Shown here piece after piece: positions 1 through 9,361 of a DNA stretch of 64,000 nucleotides. The translations under genes and the position numbers were made by a program. Where the stretch lies: the NCBI GenBank assembly GCA_945859975.1, contig CAMAPH010000007.1:1-64000 (forward strand), in the 5' to 3' direction. This DNA is from Chthonomonas calidirosea (GTDB lineage: Bacteria > Armatimonadota > Fimbriimonadia > Fimbriimonadales > Fimbriimonadaceae). The notes beneath the pieces were generated by a model, which was given only the letters and a program-made list of their open reading frames with translations, did no database searches and was not told where the DNA came from. Position 1 is the stretch's first letter. Each line of letters begins with the position of its first letter.

Positions 1-75
1 GATTTTGAGGTGGCAATCCAGGAAGGAGCCAGTCACATCAGGGTCGGCACTGCTCTCTTTGGCGAGCGGGTTTAG
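1..75 (+). CDS. yggS: 3' end of PLP homeostasis protein YggS (partial)
   Basis: Frame 1 reads DFEVAIQEGASHIRVGTALFGERV*, the typical YggS C-terminus; it lies directly before sepF, a common pairing. Confidence 0.85.
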   Translation, partial: DFEVAIQEGASHIRVGTALFGERV

Positions 76-85
76 AGAGGAAATC

Positions 86-484
86 ATGGAAGAAATGGAA
101 CTTCAAGATCGTCCAGGTTGGATGAGCAAATTTACTGGCCTTTTTGGCACCAAAGACGAGGAAGCGATGCCTCAGTACCAAGACACCGCGACCGAGCCAC
201 GGCGCACCTACGCTTACACCGTTACCGTTCGAAAGGACATCATGACCTTCGAGGACGCCCGAGCCGTTGCCAACGGAATTAAGCGTGGCGAACAGCAGAT
301 CATCAATTTGAATGACACGGATGCAGGCATTCGGCAGAAGGTTGTTGACTTCCTGTGCGGCGTGAACTACGCAGAAGATGGCACCTGGGAGGAGATTGGA
401 ACGAACATCTACATGATCGCTCCGATGAATGCCTTCATCGAAGTAGCACCGGCTACTCCGCATTCCAACTCCGTTCGAAACTAA
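86..484 (+). CDS. sepF: Cell division protein SepF
   Basis: TFEDARAVANGIKRGEQQIINL...KVVDFLCG...IYMIAP SepF core; GAGAGG RBS before ATG 86. Confidence 0.85.
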   Translation: MEEMELQDRPGWMSKFTGLFGTKDEEAMPQYQDTATEPRRTYAYTVTVRKDIMTFEDARAVANGIKRGEQQIINLNDTDAGIRQKVVDFLCGVNYAEDGTWEEIGTNIYMIAPMNAFIEVAPATPHSNSVRN

Positions 485-494
485 CCGCCCGCTC

Positions 495-809
495 ATGACC
501 ACTCGAGACCGTGTGTATCGGGTGGTCAAACTTATTCCTCGCGGGAAGGTCCTTGGCTACGGCGATGTTGGGCAACTTCTTACCCCTAGCCTTAGCGGAC
601 TCCTTGTCGGTCGTGCCCTTGCTTCTGCACCGAGCGATGTTCCTTGGTGGCGCGTTGTCGGTCGGACCGGCGAACTTTTGGTTGCGAAGCGTGATCCCCA
701 ACTTGCCGTGGAGCAGCGATTGCGCTTGGAAAACGAAGGCGTGACGATGAAAGAGGATCGGGTGGACATGGAAGCCCACCGGATCGATCCTTTTACGCTA
801 GAAGACTAG
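495..809 (+). CDS. MGMT-family / alkyltransferase-like (ATL) DNA-binding protein
   Basis: IPRGKVLGYGDVG and VPWWRVV (Trp in place of the catalytic Cys of PCHRV). Confidence 0.8.
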   Translation: MTTRDRVYRVVKLIPRGKVLGYGDVGQLLTPSLSGLLVGRALASAPSDVPWWRVVGRTGELLVAKRDPQLAVEQRLRLENEGVTMKEDRVDMEAHRIDPFTLED

Positions 810-1981
810 CGCTTCCCTTCCCAAAGAACTTTGCCGTCGATGACAGTCGCGGTGCAGTGACTTGTGTATTCAAACGGGTCGCCATCGAAGAGGGCGATGT
901 CGGCGTCTTTTCCAACCGCAAGCGAGCCAGTGCGCTTCTCGATTCCCAGCAGCTTTGCCGCTCCTAGCGTGAGGCCGTTAAGGGCATCGGCGTCGGATAG
1001 TCCATTTGCGACGGCCACGGCGGCTTCCATTAGGACCACTCGGACTTTCGGGACGTAGCCTTCGAAGCCGGAAGTGAAAGCGAACGAGATTCCGAGCTTT
1101 TGCAGCTTCGCGGGGGTCTCGTAGGAGACGTTTTGCGCCTCGCCATACGGGCGTTGCATGAGGGGGTGGATGAAGACGGGCACTTTTGCGGCTTTGAGTT
1201 CTGCCGCCATCGTGGTTGCCTCGGCTCCACCATCCAGGACCATGTCGAAGCCGAACTCCTTCTTCAGCCGGAGGGCGGAAGCGATGTCTTGCGCGGTGTA
1301 GGCGGTTACCAAGAGCGGGATTTTCTTGGTGATGACGAGCTGGAGGGCATCTGCCTTTTGCCCCTTCGCGGTCCCGGCTTTGGCGGCGCGCTGGGCACCG
1401 CGGAAGATGTCTCGGAGTTCGGAGAGTTGCTTTGCCCGAGTGCCTGGTCCTCGCCCAAGCGAGCCAGGGCCGAGAGTCGCGAGTACGAAGGATGGCGATT
1501 TGACGAGGTCGGCGTCCGGGGTTCGGCCGTGGAGCTTGACGACGAAGGTCTGCCCTGACATTAGGCTGCCCGCCGCGTGGCCGGTATTCACCGTCGTGAT
1601 CCCGTAGGACCGGACGTAGGAGATCAGCGCCTCGCGGGGGTTGTAGGCGTCCATTGCCCGGAGTTCGGGCTGGACGGCTCCGCCGTTGTCTTGCTGGTCT
1701 TGATCGTGGCCTTGCTGGTTGTAGATTCCGGTGAGGCCGAGGGTGCTTCGGGCGTCAATGAGGCCAGGCGTGACGACGGCGGCGCGGAGGACGCGGGTGC
1801 CAGTTGGGATCGTGACTTGATCTGCAGTGCCGACGGCTTTGATCTTGCCGTCCTCGATGAGGACAACGCCGTTTTTGATCGGGGCGCCTTCTTGGGTGTG
1901 GAGGATTTCGGCGCGGATGGCTAGGGTTTCTGCCGCCGGAGTTGGCGCAAGAATGGCGAGGGCGGCGAAGAGGGTGATCAT
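806..1981 (-). CDS. Secreted amidohydrolase-family protein, probably metal-site degenerate
   Basis: PGLIDARSTLG (HxH lost), GSLAVGKDAD C-terminal motif; signal peptide from ATG 1981. Confidence 0.75.
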   Translation of the reverse strand: MITLFAALAILAPTPAAETLAIRAEILHTQEGAPIKNGVVLIEDGKIKAVGTADQVTIPTGTRVLRAAVVTPGLIDARSTLGLTGIYNQQGHDQDQQDNGGAVQPELRAMDAYNPREALISYVRSYGITTVNTGHAAGSLMSGQTFVVKLHGRTPDADLVKSPSFVLATLGPGSLGRGPGTRAKQLSELRDIFRGAQRAAKAGTAKGQKADALQLVITKKIPLLVTAYTAQDIASALRLKKEFGFDMVLDGGAEATTMAAELKAAKVPVFIHPLMQRPYGEAQNVSYETPAKLQKLGISFAFTSGFEGYVPKVRVVLMEAAVAVANGLSDADALNGLTLGAAKLLGIEKRTGSLAVGKDADIALFDGDPFEYTSHCTATVIDGKVLWEGKR

Positions 1982-1982
1982 G

Positions 1983-3269
1983 TTAGTTGCCACCTTTGCA
2001 GCAGAGGTACGGCTCGACGGCGTGACCGGCTCCCGGTCCGCCGACAGCGTAGACCCGCATTTTGGGGTCGTTAAAGTCGAAGCGAAGAGCGCCTTCGACG
2101 AAGGTTTGGAGAACGCGGGTTCGGGTGGCGAAGGGTGAGCCGGAGAGGACGACGAAATCGGCATCTTTTCCGGGCTCTAGGGATCCAACCCGCTTTTCGA
2201 GGCCGAGCATTTCGGCTCCGCTAAGGGTGAGGGCGCGGAGGGCGCCGGATTCGGTCATTCCGCCTCGGACCGCGTAGGCAGCGGAGCGGAGGAAGAGGCG
2301 ACTTTCGGTGATTCCGTCGTCGGTGTGGATCGCGACGTTAACGCCTTGCCGTTCAAGGACGCGGCCGGTTTCCGATGAGTAGTTGACCGCTTCGAGCTTT
2401 CCGCCGGGGGCGTCGAGGACGATGATGCTGCATGGCGTGTTGGTCTTGGCGATTTCGTCGGCGACGAGGATGCCTTCGGAAACGTGCTGGAGCACTACTT
2501 TCAGACCAAACTCTTGCTTCAACCGGAGCACGGCGAGGATGTCATCGGCGCGATGCGTGTGGTGCTGGACGATGCGTTTCCCTTCTAGGGCTTCAACCAT
2601 CGCGTCTAGGCCAGGGTCGCGGTCGGGAGCTTCGCCTTCCTTTTTGACTTCCCAGTCCTTCCACTTCTTTTGGTAGTCCTTAGCTTCTTGGAATTTTTGG
2701 CGGATGAGCGCGGCGGATTTACTGCGGGTTCCGGGGAACGGCGGGGTGCCGATGGGGTTGGTGCCGTTGGCCATTTTGAGGCCGCCGTAGATCCAGCCGT
2801 TCTCGCCGAGGATGAAGAGGTCTTCGACGGTGCGGGCTTTTCGGTTCTTGGCGTAAAGGGTTTGTCCGCTCATCAGGTGGCCGGAGCCGGGCATGATGTT
2901 GATCGTGGTCAGACCGCCGGCGGCGGCTCGGATGAAATCGGGGTTTTGGACGTCGATGCCTTCCCAGACCTTCGCGTCGGGCTGGATCGGGCTCGATTCA
3001 TCCGCACCGTCCCCGCCGCCGACATGGCTGTGGGTGTCTACAAGGCCGGGGATCAGGACTTTTCCGTTCAGATCCACCCGCTTGGCATCGGCGGGGATGG
3101 TCACAGAGCCTGCCGCGCCGACGGACTCGATCTTGTTCCCTCGGATGACGAGGACTCCGCGTTCGATTTTGGGACCAGAGACCGGATAGATGACCGCGTT
3201 TTCGTACACGGTCACCGGCTCGGTTTGTGGCGCAAGCAGGCAAAGTCCTGCCGCGAGGGCAAATAGCAT
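1983..3269 (-). CDS. Secreted amidohydrolase-family protein
   Basis: PGLVDTHSH, HHTHRADD, HTDD and GSLEPGKDAD motifs; signal peptide. Confidence 0.85.
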   Translation of the reverse strand: MLFALAAGLCLLAPQTEPVTVYENAVIYPVSGPKIERGVLVIRGNKIESVGAAGSVTIPADAKRVDLNGKVLIPGLVDTHSHVGGGDGADESSPIQPDAKVWEGIDVQNPDFIRAAAGGLTTINIMPGSGHLMSGQTLYAKNRKARTVEDLFILGENGWIYGGLKMANGTNPIGTPPFPGTRSKSAALIRQKFQEAKDYQKKWKDWEVKKEGEAPDRDPGLDAMVEALEGKRIVQHHTHRADDILAVLRLKQEFGLKVVLQHVSEGILVADEIAKTNTPCSIIVLDAPGGKLEAVNYSSETGRVLERQGVNVAIHTDDGITESRLFLRSAAYAVRGGMTESGALRALTLSGAEMLGLEKRVGSLEPGKDADFVVLSGSPFATRTRVLQTFVEGALRFDFNDPKMRVYAVGGPGAGHAVEPYLCCKGGN

Positions 3270-3634
3270 GGCCCTATTATCTCCAATGAACGGTCCTGAC
3301 TGAGGCTTGCCAAGTGGAACGGCCCAATCAAACCTTGAGATTCACAAACTTCGAGAAGCTGGACATATTACGTTTGACTAGTCTTAATGCACACTCGTAA
3401 ATAGTTTGTTGTGCAATATGCTCATGAACTCGGACAAAACTTGAAGTGATTAAATGTACTGGACGTTTTCAACATTTCGATTCGTTCATCGAAATCTTAA
3501 AAATTCTGATCAATAGAACAAACACGGAACCATAAGACTATTAGTTGAATAGTCTCACCCGGCAATTTTGCTAAAACATCGGATAATCCGGGTTTGAGAT
3601 TGAAAGCTAGATAGCCCCTTGATATAATCGCGAC

Positions 3635-4351
3635 ATGGGTTTACTCTCTATCGCCGGTCTACTCGCTGTTGCATCCACGGCAGTCCCGACAGGAAACGCA
3701 GGTTTGCTCGCAGTGCAAGCTCAAACACACCTATCCGGGGCCTTCCAATGGACAGAAGGCGTCTTGTTAACGGATGTTGTTCCAAAGTCGACGGTCCAGG
3801 AAATTTCGGTCAAAGTTGGAACGAACACTTTTAAGTTCACTGGCATTTTCGCTAGCTCGAACTCCGCCCGAGCCGGTGCCGCCGTGCGTGTTCTCCGCTC
3901 TGGCTCAATTCCGATGCGGGTGCCAGTATCCACCGGAGTTTTGAGCGTCAGTGGGTACACGTTTAGCTATCAGATTCCCGCCGACAAAACCACGGGAGCT
4001 ATCTCAACGAACGTCCTGATTCCATACTCATACGATAGTATTCCTACGATTTCAATTCACTATCCGGCTTTTAACCTGATTGGATACTCCATGGTCAACG
4101 GCGGTCTGGTCCGTCTTGCGACTAATCCAATCCGCTACGAGTTCGAGATTCCGACCGCTGCTAAGCGAAAGACCGAAGGGATTCTTGTAAAGACGTCTGG
4201 GCGCTACTCCCAGGCCGTGCTACAAACGGACAGCAACGCAGCCGAGGGCCTCGGCTTCTTCTCCACAGGAGAAGGTACGACGCTTCGCCTTGCCCCAACC
4301 AGTTGGGGAACGGTTGGCAGAAACATCACCTCGTTCGAGCTAAATCTGTAA
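3635..4351 (+). CDS. Hypothetical secreted beta-rich protein
   Basis: 238-aa ORF with signal-peptide-like N-terminus; TATAAT 6 nt before ATG; hairpin after the stop. Confidence 0.6.
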   Translation: MGLLSIAGLLAVASTAVPTGNAGLLAVQAQTHLSGAFQWTEGVLLTDVVPKSTVQEISVKVGTNTFKFTGIFASSNSARAGAAVRVLRSGSIPMRVPVSTGVLSVSGYTFSYQIPADKTTGAISTNVLIPYSYDSIPTISIHYPAFNLIGYSMVNGGLVRLATNPIRYEFEIPTAAKRKTEGILVKTSGRYSQAVLQTDSNAAEGLGFFSTGEGTTLRLAPTSWGTVGRNITSFELNL

Positions 4352-4359
4352 ACAGACAG

Positions 4360-4389
4360 CGGACCGGTCCAGCAAACTGGACCGGTCCG
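4360..4389. terminator. Hairpin between convergent genes
   Basis: CGGACCGGTCCAG-caaa-CTGGACCGGTCCG, perfect 13-bp stem. Confidence 0.65.
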
Positions 4390-4394
4390 ATCTC

Positions 4395-5687
4395 TTACTT
4401 CTGAACTCGCAACGGACCGGAATCCGAGCCTGGAGCAAGTTTCAGACCTACCCTCTCGTACCCGCGTTTGATGGCGGGGTGGCTCATGGTGAGTTTGTGA
4501 ATGAGCCCAGTGCGGTGTGCTTCGATGCCGAGCATCATCATGCCGAGGTCGATGCCGATGACGTCGAGGCCGATCCAGTTTTGGTTCGGGTTGTAGCCAT
4601 TCGGAAAGCCATACTTGCCCCACGCGGCAGGGTGGTTTTTGCGCATGGCTTCGGCAAAAGCTAGTGATTCTTTCGGCGTGAAAGGCATGCTCGCTACGGC
4701 TGAAGTCGGGGTGATGGTTCCGTTGTCGTCGATCCAGCCGGGTGCGCCGAAGGCGTTGTAGCCGCCAGGGTGGTCGCAGGCGCTGAGGCCCCAGAAATCG
4801 GCTCCGTAGCCCTTAAAGTTCTTCGGATTATCGATGCAGTATTGGCGGTTGGCCAAAGTGGCGTTCTTCGTGTTGACGAAGTAGTTGACACCCAGCTTGT
4901 CTCGCATGCCTTTAAAGCTGAAGAAGCCTTCCGACATTTGGTGGATGAAGAGCGGGCCACCGGTGATGAACTCGATGCCTTTGTAGTTTTCGTACTTGCG
5001 TCCGATCGTTTCCCACCCGTCGGTCCGGATGTCGCTGAGGCCGCCGCCCATGATGTACAGCATTTTCTCTTCGCTGTACTGCGCGGACCATCGACCGCCA
5101 AGGAAGCCTTCCTCGGGTTTCCAACCGTGGCCAATGAGCGTTTCGTTCGGCTTTTTGCCGCCATCGGTAAGCGCCCACTTCCAATCAATTCGCTTCCAAA
5201 ACCTTTCGGAAAGTTGGGTGATCTCCTTGTCCTTCCAATAGCGTTCCGCGGCAAAAACTCCGGCCAAAAGAATGGCGGTGTCGATGGTGCTTGCTTCGCA
5301 CTTCCAAACTCGCTTGCCGGTTTCCCAGTCGATGAAATGGTAGAGCCATCCGTGCTCACCTTCGACGAGGTCATTGATCGACTTGAGCGTCGTGACGGTG
5401 CGCTTTTTGGCATCCGCACGGTCGATCCATTTGCGCTCGGTCCCGATGACGTAGGCGGTTAGAGCAAAGCCCGTTGAAGCGGCACTGGCGACGGTGTAGG
5501 TGTCTCCGCCAGGGCGATTCGCAGCTCGATCCTTGGTGAGCCCGGTTTTGGGATGAGAATGCTCAACGAAGAAATCAAAAGCTCGGCGCTGGAGGTCGTC
5601 AATGAGCGCGGGACCCGTGGCGGTTTGCGGCATGGCAGCTGCGGCGATGAGGGAAAGGCTTACAGAGGTCACAGGGGGTTCATCCAT
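4395..5687 (-). CDS. Glucoamylase-like (DUF3131 / GH144-like) glycoside hydrolase, probable endo-beta-1,2-glucanase
   Basis: ASAASTGFAL, HGWLYHF, EASTIDTAIL, GPLFIHQ, WGLSACD, WGKYGF, GIDLG motifs. Confidence 0.75.
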   Translation of the reverse strand: MDEPPVTSVSLSLIAAAAMPQTATGPALIDDLQRRAFDFFVEHSHPKTGLTKDRAANRPGGDTYTVASAASTGFALTAYVIGTERKWIDRADAKKRTVTTLKSINDLVEGEHGWLYHFIDWETGKRVWKCEASTIDTAILLAGVFAAERYWKDKEITQLSERFWKRIDWKWALTDGGKKPNETLIGHGWKPEEGFLGGRWSAQYSEEKMLYIMGGGLSDIRTDGWETIGRKYENYKGIEFITGGPLFIHQMSEGFFSFKGMRDKLGVNYFVNTKNATLANRQYCIDNPKNFKGYGADFWGLSACDHPGGYNAFGAPGWIDDNGTITPTSAVASMPFTPKESLAFAEAMRKNHPAAWGKYGFPNGYNPNQNWIGLDVIGIDLGMMMLGIEAHRTGLIHKLTMSHPAIKRGYERVGLKLAPGSDSGPLRVQK

Positions 5688-5751
5688 GGAAAACGGTTCC
5701 CCGATGAAATCACCGGGGAACTAAGAGTGGACAGAGGGCAGAAACGAAGAG

Positions 5752-6063
5752 TTAGTTTCCGCCCTTTTGGACGCCAGGGCCAGCAGACATGCTGCTTGCC
5801 GATCCGCTTGGTCCGGCAAGTCCGCCAGCCTGAAGCATGGACCAAGCCCGCTTCGCGTCGGCCTCGTTTCCTTTATAAATCTTGAGAATTTCGGCTTTCT
5901 CGTCAGGGGTCATCTTATCGAAGTTGCCGCCGACCTTATCGAAAGTGGAGCGAAGGAGTTTAGCTTGCTCCATTCGGTTCTCTTCTACCTTCGCATCTGG
6001 ACCGCCCCCGTCATCGCATCCGATGACCGCGAAGATGGCTAGAAAAATTAGAAAGTGTTTCAT
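5752..6063 (-). CDS. Small lipoprotein
   Basis: Lipobox AVIGC after a hydrophobic signal. Confidence 0.7.
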   Translation of the reverse strand: MKHFLIFLAIFAVIGCDDGGGPDAKVEENRMEQAKLLRSTFDKVGGNFDKMTPDEKAEILKIYKGNEADAKRAWSMLQAGGLAGPSGSASSMSAGPGVQKGGN

Positions 6064-6111
6064 GGGTTTTGGGTTGGGTCGCCGAGACTACTCTCGGCGA
6101 CCCGGTCATTC

Positions 6112-6951
6112 TCAGCGGAACTGAGCTGGAAGGGTGCGGCAGTAGCTGTTCATCCAGCTATTTGCGCCGTCGCCGCCAGCAGCGGCTCGAGCGTTTTCGC
6201 CCATGTTCCAGTTGTCAAAGTTCGGCGAACCGACGGGCTGGTTGATGAAGTTCTTTCCGCAGGTCTCGGAGTGGCTCATGCGCTTGGCGTGGCCGTCCCA
6301 ATATGCAGCGACGAAGGCCTTGTTGCCCCACTTTTCAGAGCCCCAGTTCCAGCGCGTGCCGGTGACTGGAGGAACTGGAAGCCAGGAGAAGTCCGCGTCA
6401 ACGTTCTCGCCCCATGCCCAGTAAGTGCCCATGTCCGACCAGACGGCCTTGTGCTCAACGATTGCGAAAACGTTGGCTGGTTCGCTGAACGAAGTCAACG
6501 AGATTGCCTGGCCGTCTGCAAACCAGCTTGATCCCCAAATGTTGGCGAGCACGTAGCCGCGTCGGAATCGAAGATTCTCTGGCAGGTTAAGGGTTGCCCA
6601 ACCGAAGACTGCTCGGAGAGCAGGGTCGGAGTGGAAGTCTGGGTACTTCGAGATGGTATTTACAGGGTCGGTGAAGAGCTGAGTGTTCTTCACGTATGGA
6701 GCAATAAGCTGCTTCCAGGAGTACTCGTCACCGTTGGTGAACGCGTTTCGGATGACTCGGTTGTCATCGAAGTCGCCAGAGTAAAGGAAGTTTGCAGTTC
6801 CAAGCTGCTTCATGCTGCTCAGCGACTGGGTCTGCTTTGCGGCGGCCTTCGCCTGAGCGAAAACGGGGAACAGGATTGCGGCAAGAATCGCGATGATTGC
6901 GATAACGACGAGAAGTTCAATGAGCGTAAATGCTCTTCGTGTTGTATTCAT
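6112..6951 (-). CDS. Prepilin-type N-methylation domain protein (DUF1559 / H-X9-DG-like)
   Basis: MNTTRRAFTLIELLVVIAIIAILAAILFPVFAQAK N-terminus; C-terminal YWDGHAK. Confidence 0.9.
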   Translation of the reverse strand: MNTTRRAFTLIELLVVIAIIAILAAILFPVFAQAKAAAKQTQSLSSMKQLGTANFLYSGDFDDNRVIRNAFTNGDEYSWKQLIAPYVKNTQLFTDPVNTISKYPDFHSDPALRAVFGWATLNLPENLRFRRGYVLANIWGSSWFADGQAISLTSFSEPANVFAIVEHKAVWSDMGTYWAWGENVDADFSWLPVPPVTGTRWNWGSEKWGNKAFVAAYWDGHAKRMSHSETCGKNFINQPVGSPNFDNWNMGENARAAAGGDGANSWMNSYCRTLPAQFR

Positions 6952-6962
6952 AAATGGCCTCT

Positions 6963-8000
6963 TCATTGAGTGGGAAGATTGCTGTAGGGCGCGGTTGAAG
7001 CGCGAACGTCGAGTTGAGGAGGAAAAACAATTTGCTCTAGGTCGGGCGTTCTGCCTCTCATGACCTCGGTGAGCATTCGGGTGGCATTGCGGGCCATCGT
7101 TGTGATCGGCTGACGCACGCTGGTGAGCGGAGGGGAAACGCGATCGCAAGCCGGAGTGCTGTCGAAACCGACGATGGACACATCTTTGGGTACGGACAGC
7201 CCCATTTGGTGCACGAGCGTGATGCACTGGAAGGCAACGTCGTCGGACCAAACGAACAGCGCGGTCGGGCGATCTGGCCCAGCCATTAGCCGCTTTAGCC
7301 GTTCCGGCTCGTTGAGAGGGGCAAACATCTTGATCACGTTTCCGGTGGGAATCTCCAGCCCGGCGGCTCGAACGGTGTTCAAGAAGCCGTTCTTTCGGTC
7401 GGTCGCGTCGACCGAAAGTTCTGAACCTGCGATGACGGCGAAGCGGCGGTGGCCGAGGGAAAGCAGGTGTTGGGCAGCGAGTCTGCCGCCAGAGTAGTTA
7501 TCCGTATCCACGTACGGAATTCCTGGTTCTTCCGGCCGGCTAAAGAAGCTGACGATCGGGAATCTCCGCTCCTTGAGCTCTTTTATGAGCGGGTCACCGG
7601 CGTCGCGCAGAATCAAAGCACCGTCGACGCGTCCGCTGGCGAGATAGTTTGCGTCCGCTTCCATGCTCTCGGCGGCCTTGGTGTGGAGCATGACGTCGAC
7701 GCCTTGCACGACCCCCTCTTCGCAAACGCCGCGAAGAACTTCGGGAATAAAGCTGGAGGTTGACGCAAAGTAATCAACGCCTTGGAAGACAACGGCAATC
7801 GTGTTCGTCTTCTGAGTTGCGAGCATCTGCCCGACCACATTCGGCGTGTAGTTCATCGACTTCGCAGTGTCAATAATCTTTTGCGAAGTCGCGGCCGATA
7901 TGCCACGTTCACGCGCCCGCCCATTGAGAACGTAACTAACCGTTACCTTCCCGACGCCCGCTTGTTTAGCCACATCGCCAATCGTAGTTCGTCGCACCAT
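6963..8000 (-). CDS. LacI-family transcriptional regulator
   Basis: TIGDVAKQAGVGKVTVSYVLN HTH; VPKDVSIVGFD, PPLTSVRQP. Confidence 0.95.
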   Translation of the reverse strand: MVRRTTIGDVAKQAGVGKVTVSYVLNGRARERGISAATSQKIIDTAKSMNYTPNVVGQMLATQKTNTIAVVFQGVDYFASTSSFIPEVLRGVCEEGVVQGVDVMLHTKAAESMEADANYLASGRVDGALILRDAGDPLIKELKERRFPIVSFFSRPEEPGIPYVDTDNYSGGRLAAQHLLSLGHRRFAVIAGSELSVDATDRKNGFLNTVRAAGLEIPTGNVIKMFAPLNEPERLKRLMAGPDRPTALFVWSDDVAFQCITLVHQMGLSVPKDVSIVGFDSTPACDRVSPPLTSVRQPITTMARNATRMLTEVMRGRTPDLEQIVFPPQLDVRASTAPYSNLPTQ

Positions 8001-8003
8001 TGC

Positions 8004-8015
8004 TGAACCGGTTCA
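8004..8015. promoter_or_regulatory. Putative LacI operator (proximal)
   Basis: Perfect palindrome TGAACCGGTTCA 3 nt upstream of the lacI-family start; central CG typical of LacI operators. Confidence 0.7.
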
Positions 8016-8223
8016 CCTATGATATCCGATTGGGGGAAAAGGTTCAAGAGTCAGTGAAATTTTTCCTCAGAATTCGCTAGCTGCCAGCAATAGTGCCAGT
8101 ATCGGACGAGCATGAACAAGCTCCCGTTTGCTCCCCGATTTTCGCCTGATTTAGGTTCAAAGTGGACGACAACATGAGTCGGGCTTGGCCAACTTCGTCT
8201 ATCCGGGTTACCACCTTGAAATC

Positions 8224-8241
8224 TAGTGAACCGGTTCACTA
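8224..8241. promoter_or_regulatory. Putative LacI operator (distal)
   Basis: Perfect 18-bp palindrome TAGTGAACCGGTTCACTA with the same 12-bp core. Confidence 0.7.
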
Positions 8242-8251
8242 ATGAACCGCC

Positions 8252-9361
8252 TCAAAGGGCGGTTTCCACAATAATCCCTGCTAGCTTTTCTAAATCCGAG
8301 ATCAACACCCGCTCGTCAATCCCGTGCATGGCGACCGGAACCAGCCCAAACTCAATCGTCTCAATCCCCTCCGCCACAAAATGCCGGGCGTCGCTGGTGC
8401 CGCCGCCGGTGCTGAGATTGGTTTCGATTCCGGTGACGGACCGGATACCCCTTGCCACGTTCTCGGCCAAGGCACCCGGGGGCGAGAGGAACGGAACCGC
8501 GCTGGCGTTCCAAACCGCATCGAATCGCACGCCGTGCTTCGCAAAGATCGCCTCGGTCCGCTGTATTAGAACATCGGCCGGAGAAGCTGGTCCGTTGCGG
8601 AAATTGAGGCCGACGAAGGCTTCGCCAGGGATCACGTTCGAGGCACCGGCGCCGGAGCGGAGTTCCCAGACTTGCATGCTCGTCGGCGGGAAGAAGTCAT
8701 CGCCCTCGTCCCAACGCTCCGAGACGAGCTCGGACAGAGTGGGAGCCAGCACGTGCGCCGCATTCTCGGCAAGGTGAGCATAGGCGACATGCCCCTGAAC
8801 GCCTTGGACCGTTATGCGGCCGGTGAGCGATCCTCGCCGGCCGGGCTTGCAGGTGTCCCCGAGCACCGAAACCGAGGTCGGTTCGGCCACGAGCGCGCTC
8901 TGAATCACTTCCCCGCGTTCCAGCAGGAATCGCAGCGCGCGGACCGTTCCGTCGTCGGCTTTCGCTTCTTCGTCGCTGGTGAGCAACAGCGCCAGCCCAT
9001 CCGCTTCCCCGCTTGCGGCGAGGCGTTCGAGCGCGACAACCATCGCCGCCACGCCGGACTTCATGTCGCTGGCCCCGCGGCCGTAGAGATAGCGGTCCCG
9101 CTCGGTTGGCTCAAAAGGATCGCTGCTCCATTCCTCGATCGGCCCCGGCGGGACCACGTCGGTGTGGCCATTGAAGCAGAGCCGCACCGGTCCGGTGCCC
9201 ATCCTCGCCCAAAGGTTATCGGTCTCGCCAAAGCGTAGGGACTCAACCACGAAGCCCGCACGAGTCAGTCGCTCAGCGATGATTTCTTGGCAGCCTGCGT
9301 CGAACGGCGAGACCGATGGCTGCGCGATGAGTTCCTTGAGGAGGGCGAGGACTTCCGACAT
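8252..9361 (-). CDS. dapE: Succinyl-diaminopimelate desuccinylase
   Basis: GHTDVVP, GRGASDMK, SDEE, GRRGS, QGHVAY, GGTSDARH. Confidence 0.92.
   Translation of the reverse strand: MSEVLALLKELIAQPSVSPFDAGCQEIIAERLTRAGFVVESLRFGETDNLWARMGTGPVRLCFNGHTDVVPPGPIEEWSSDPFEPTERDRYLYGRGASDMKSGVAAMVVALERLAASGEADGLALLLTSDEEAKADDGTVRALRFLLERGEVIQSALVAEPTSVSVLGDTCKPGRRGSLTGRITVQGVQGHVAYAHLAENAAHVLAPTLSELVSERWDEGDDFFPPTSMQVWELRSGAGASNVIPGEAFVGLNFRNGPASPADVLIQRTEAIFAKHGVRFDAVWNASAVPFLSPPGALAENVARGIRSVTGIETNLSTGGGTSDARHFVAEGIETIEFGLVPVAMHGIDERVLISDLEKLAGIIVETAL

Noticed and set aside
4360..4389. GGACCGGTCC arms resemble the LacI operator core
   Set aside because: They lie at the 3' ends of convergent genes and form a perfect hairpin; a terminator is the simpler reading
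6952..7251. Long N-terminal extensions in the ORF track (6112..7251, 806..2164, 34298..36004, 14601..15902, 24572..25564)
   Set aside because: They overlap neighbouring real genes; signal peptides and motifs point to the downstream starts used above
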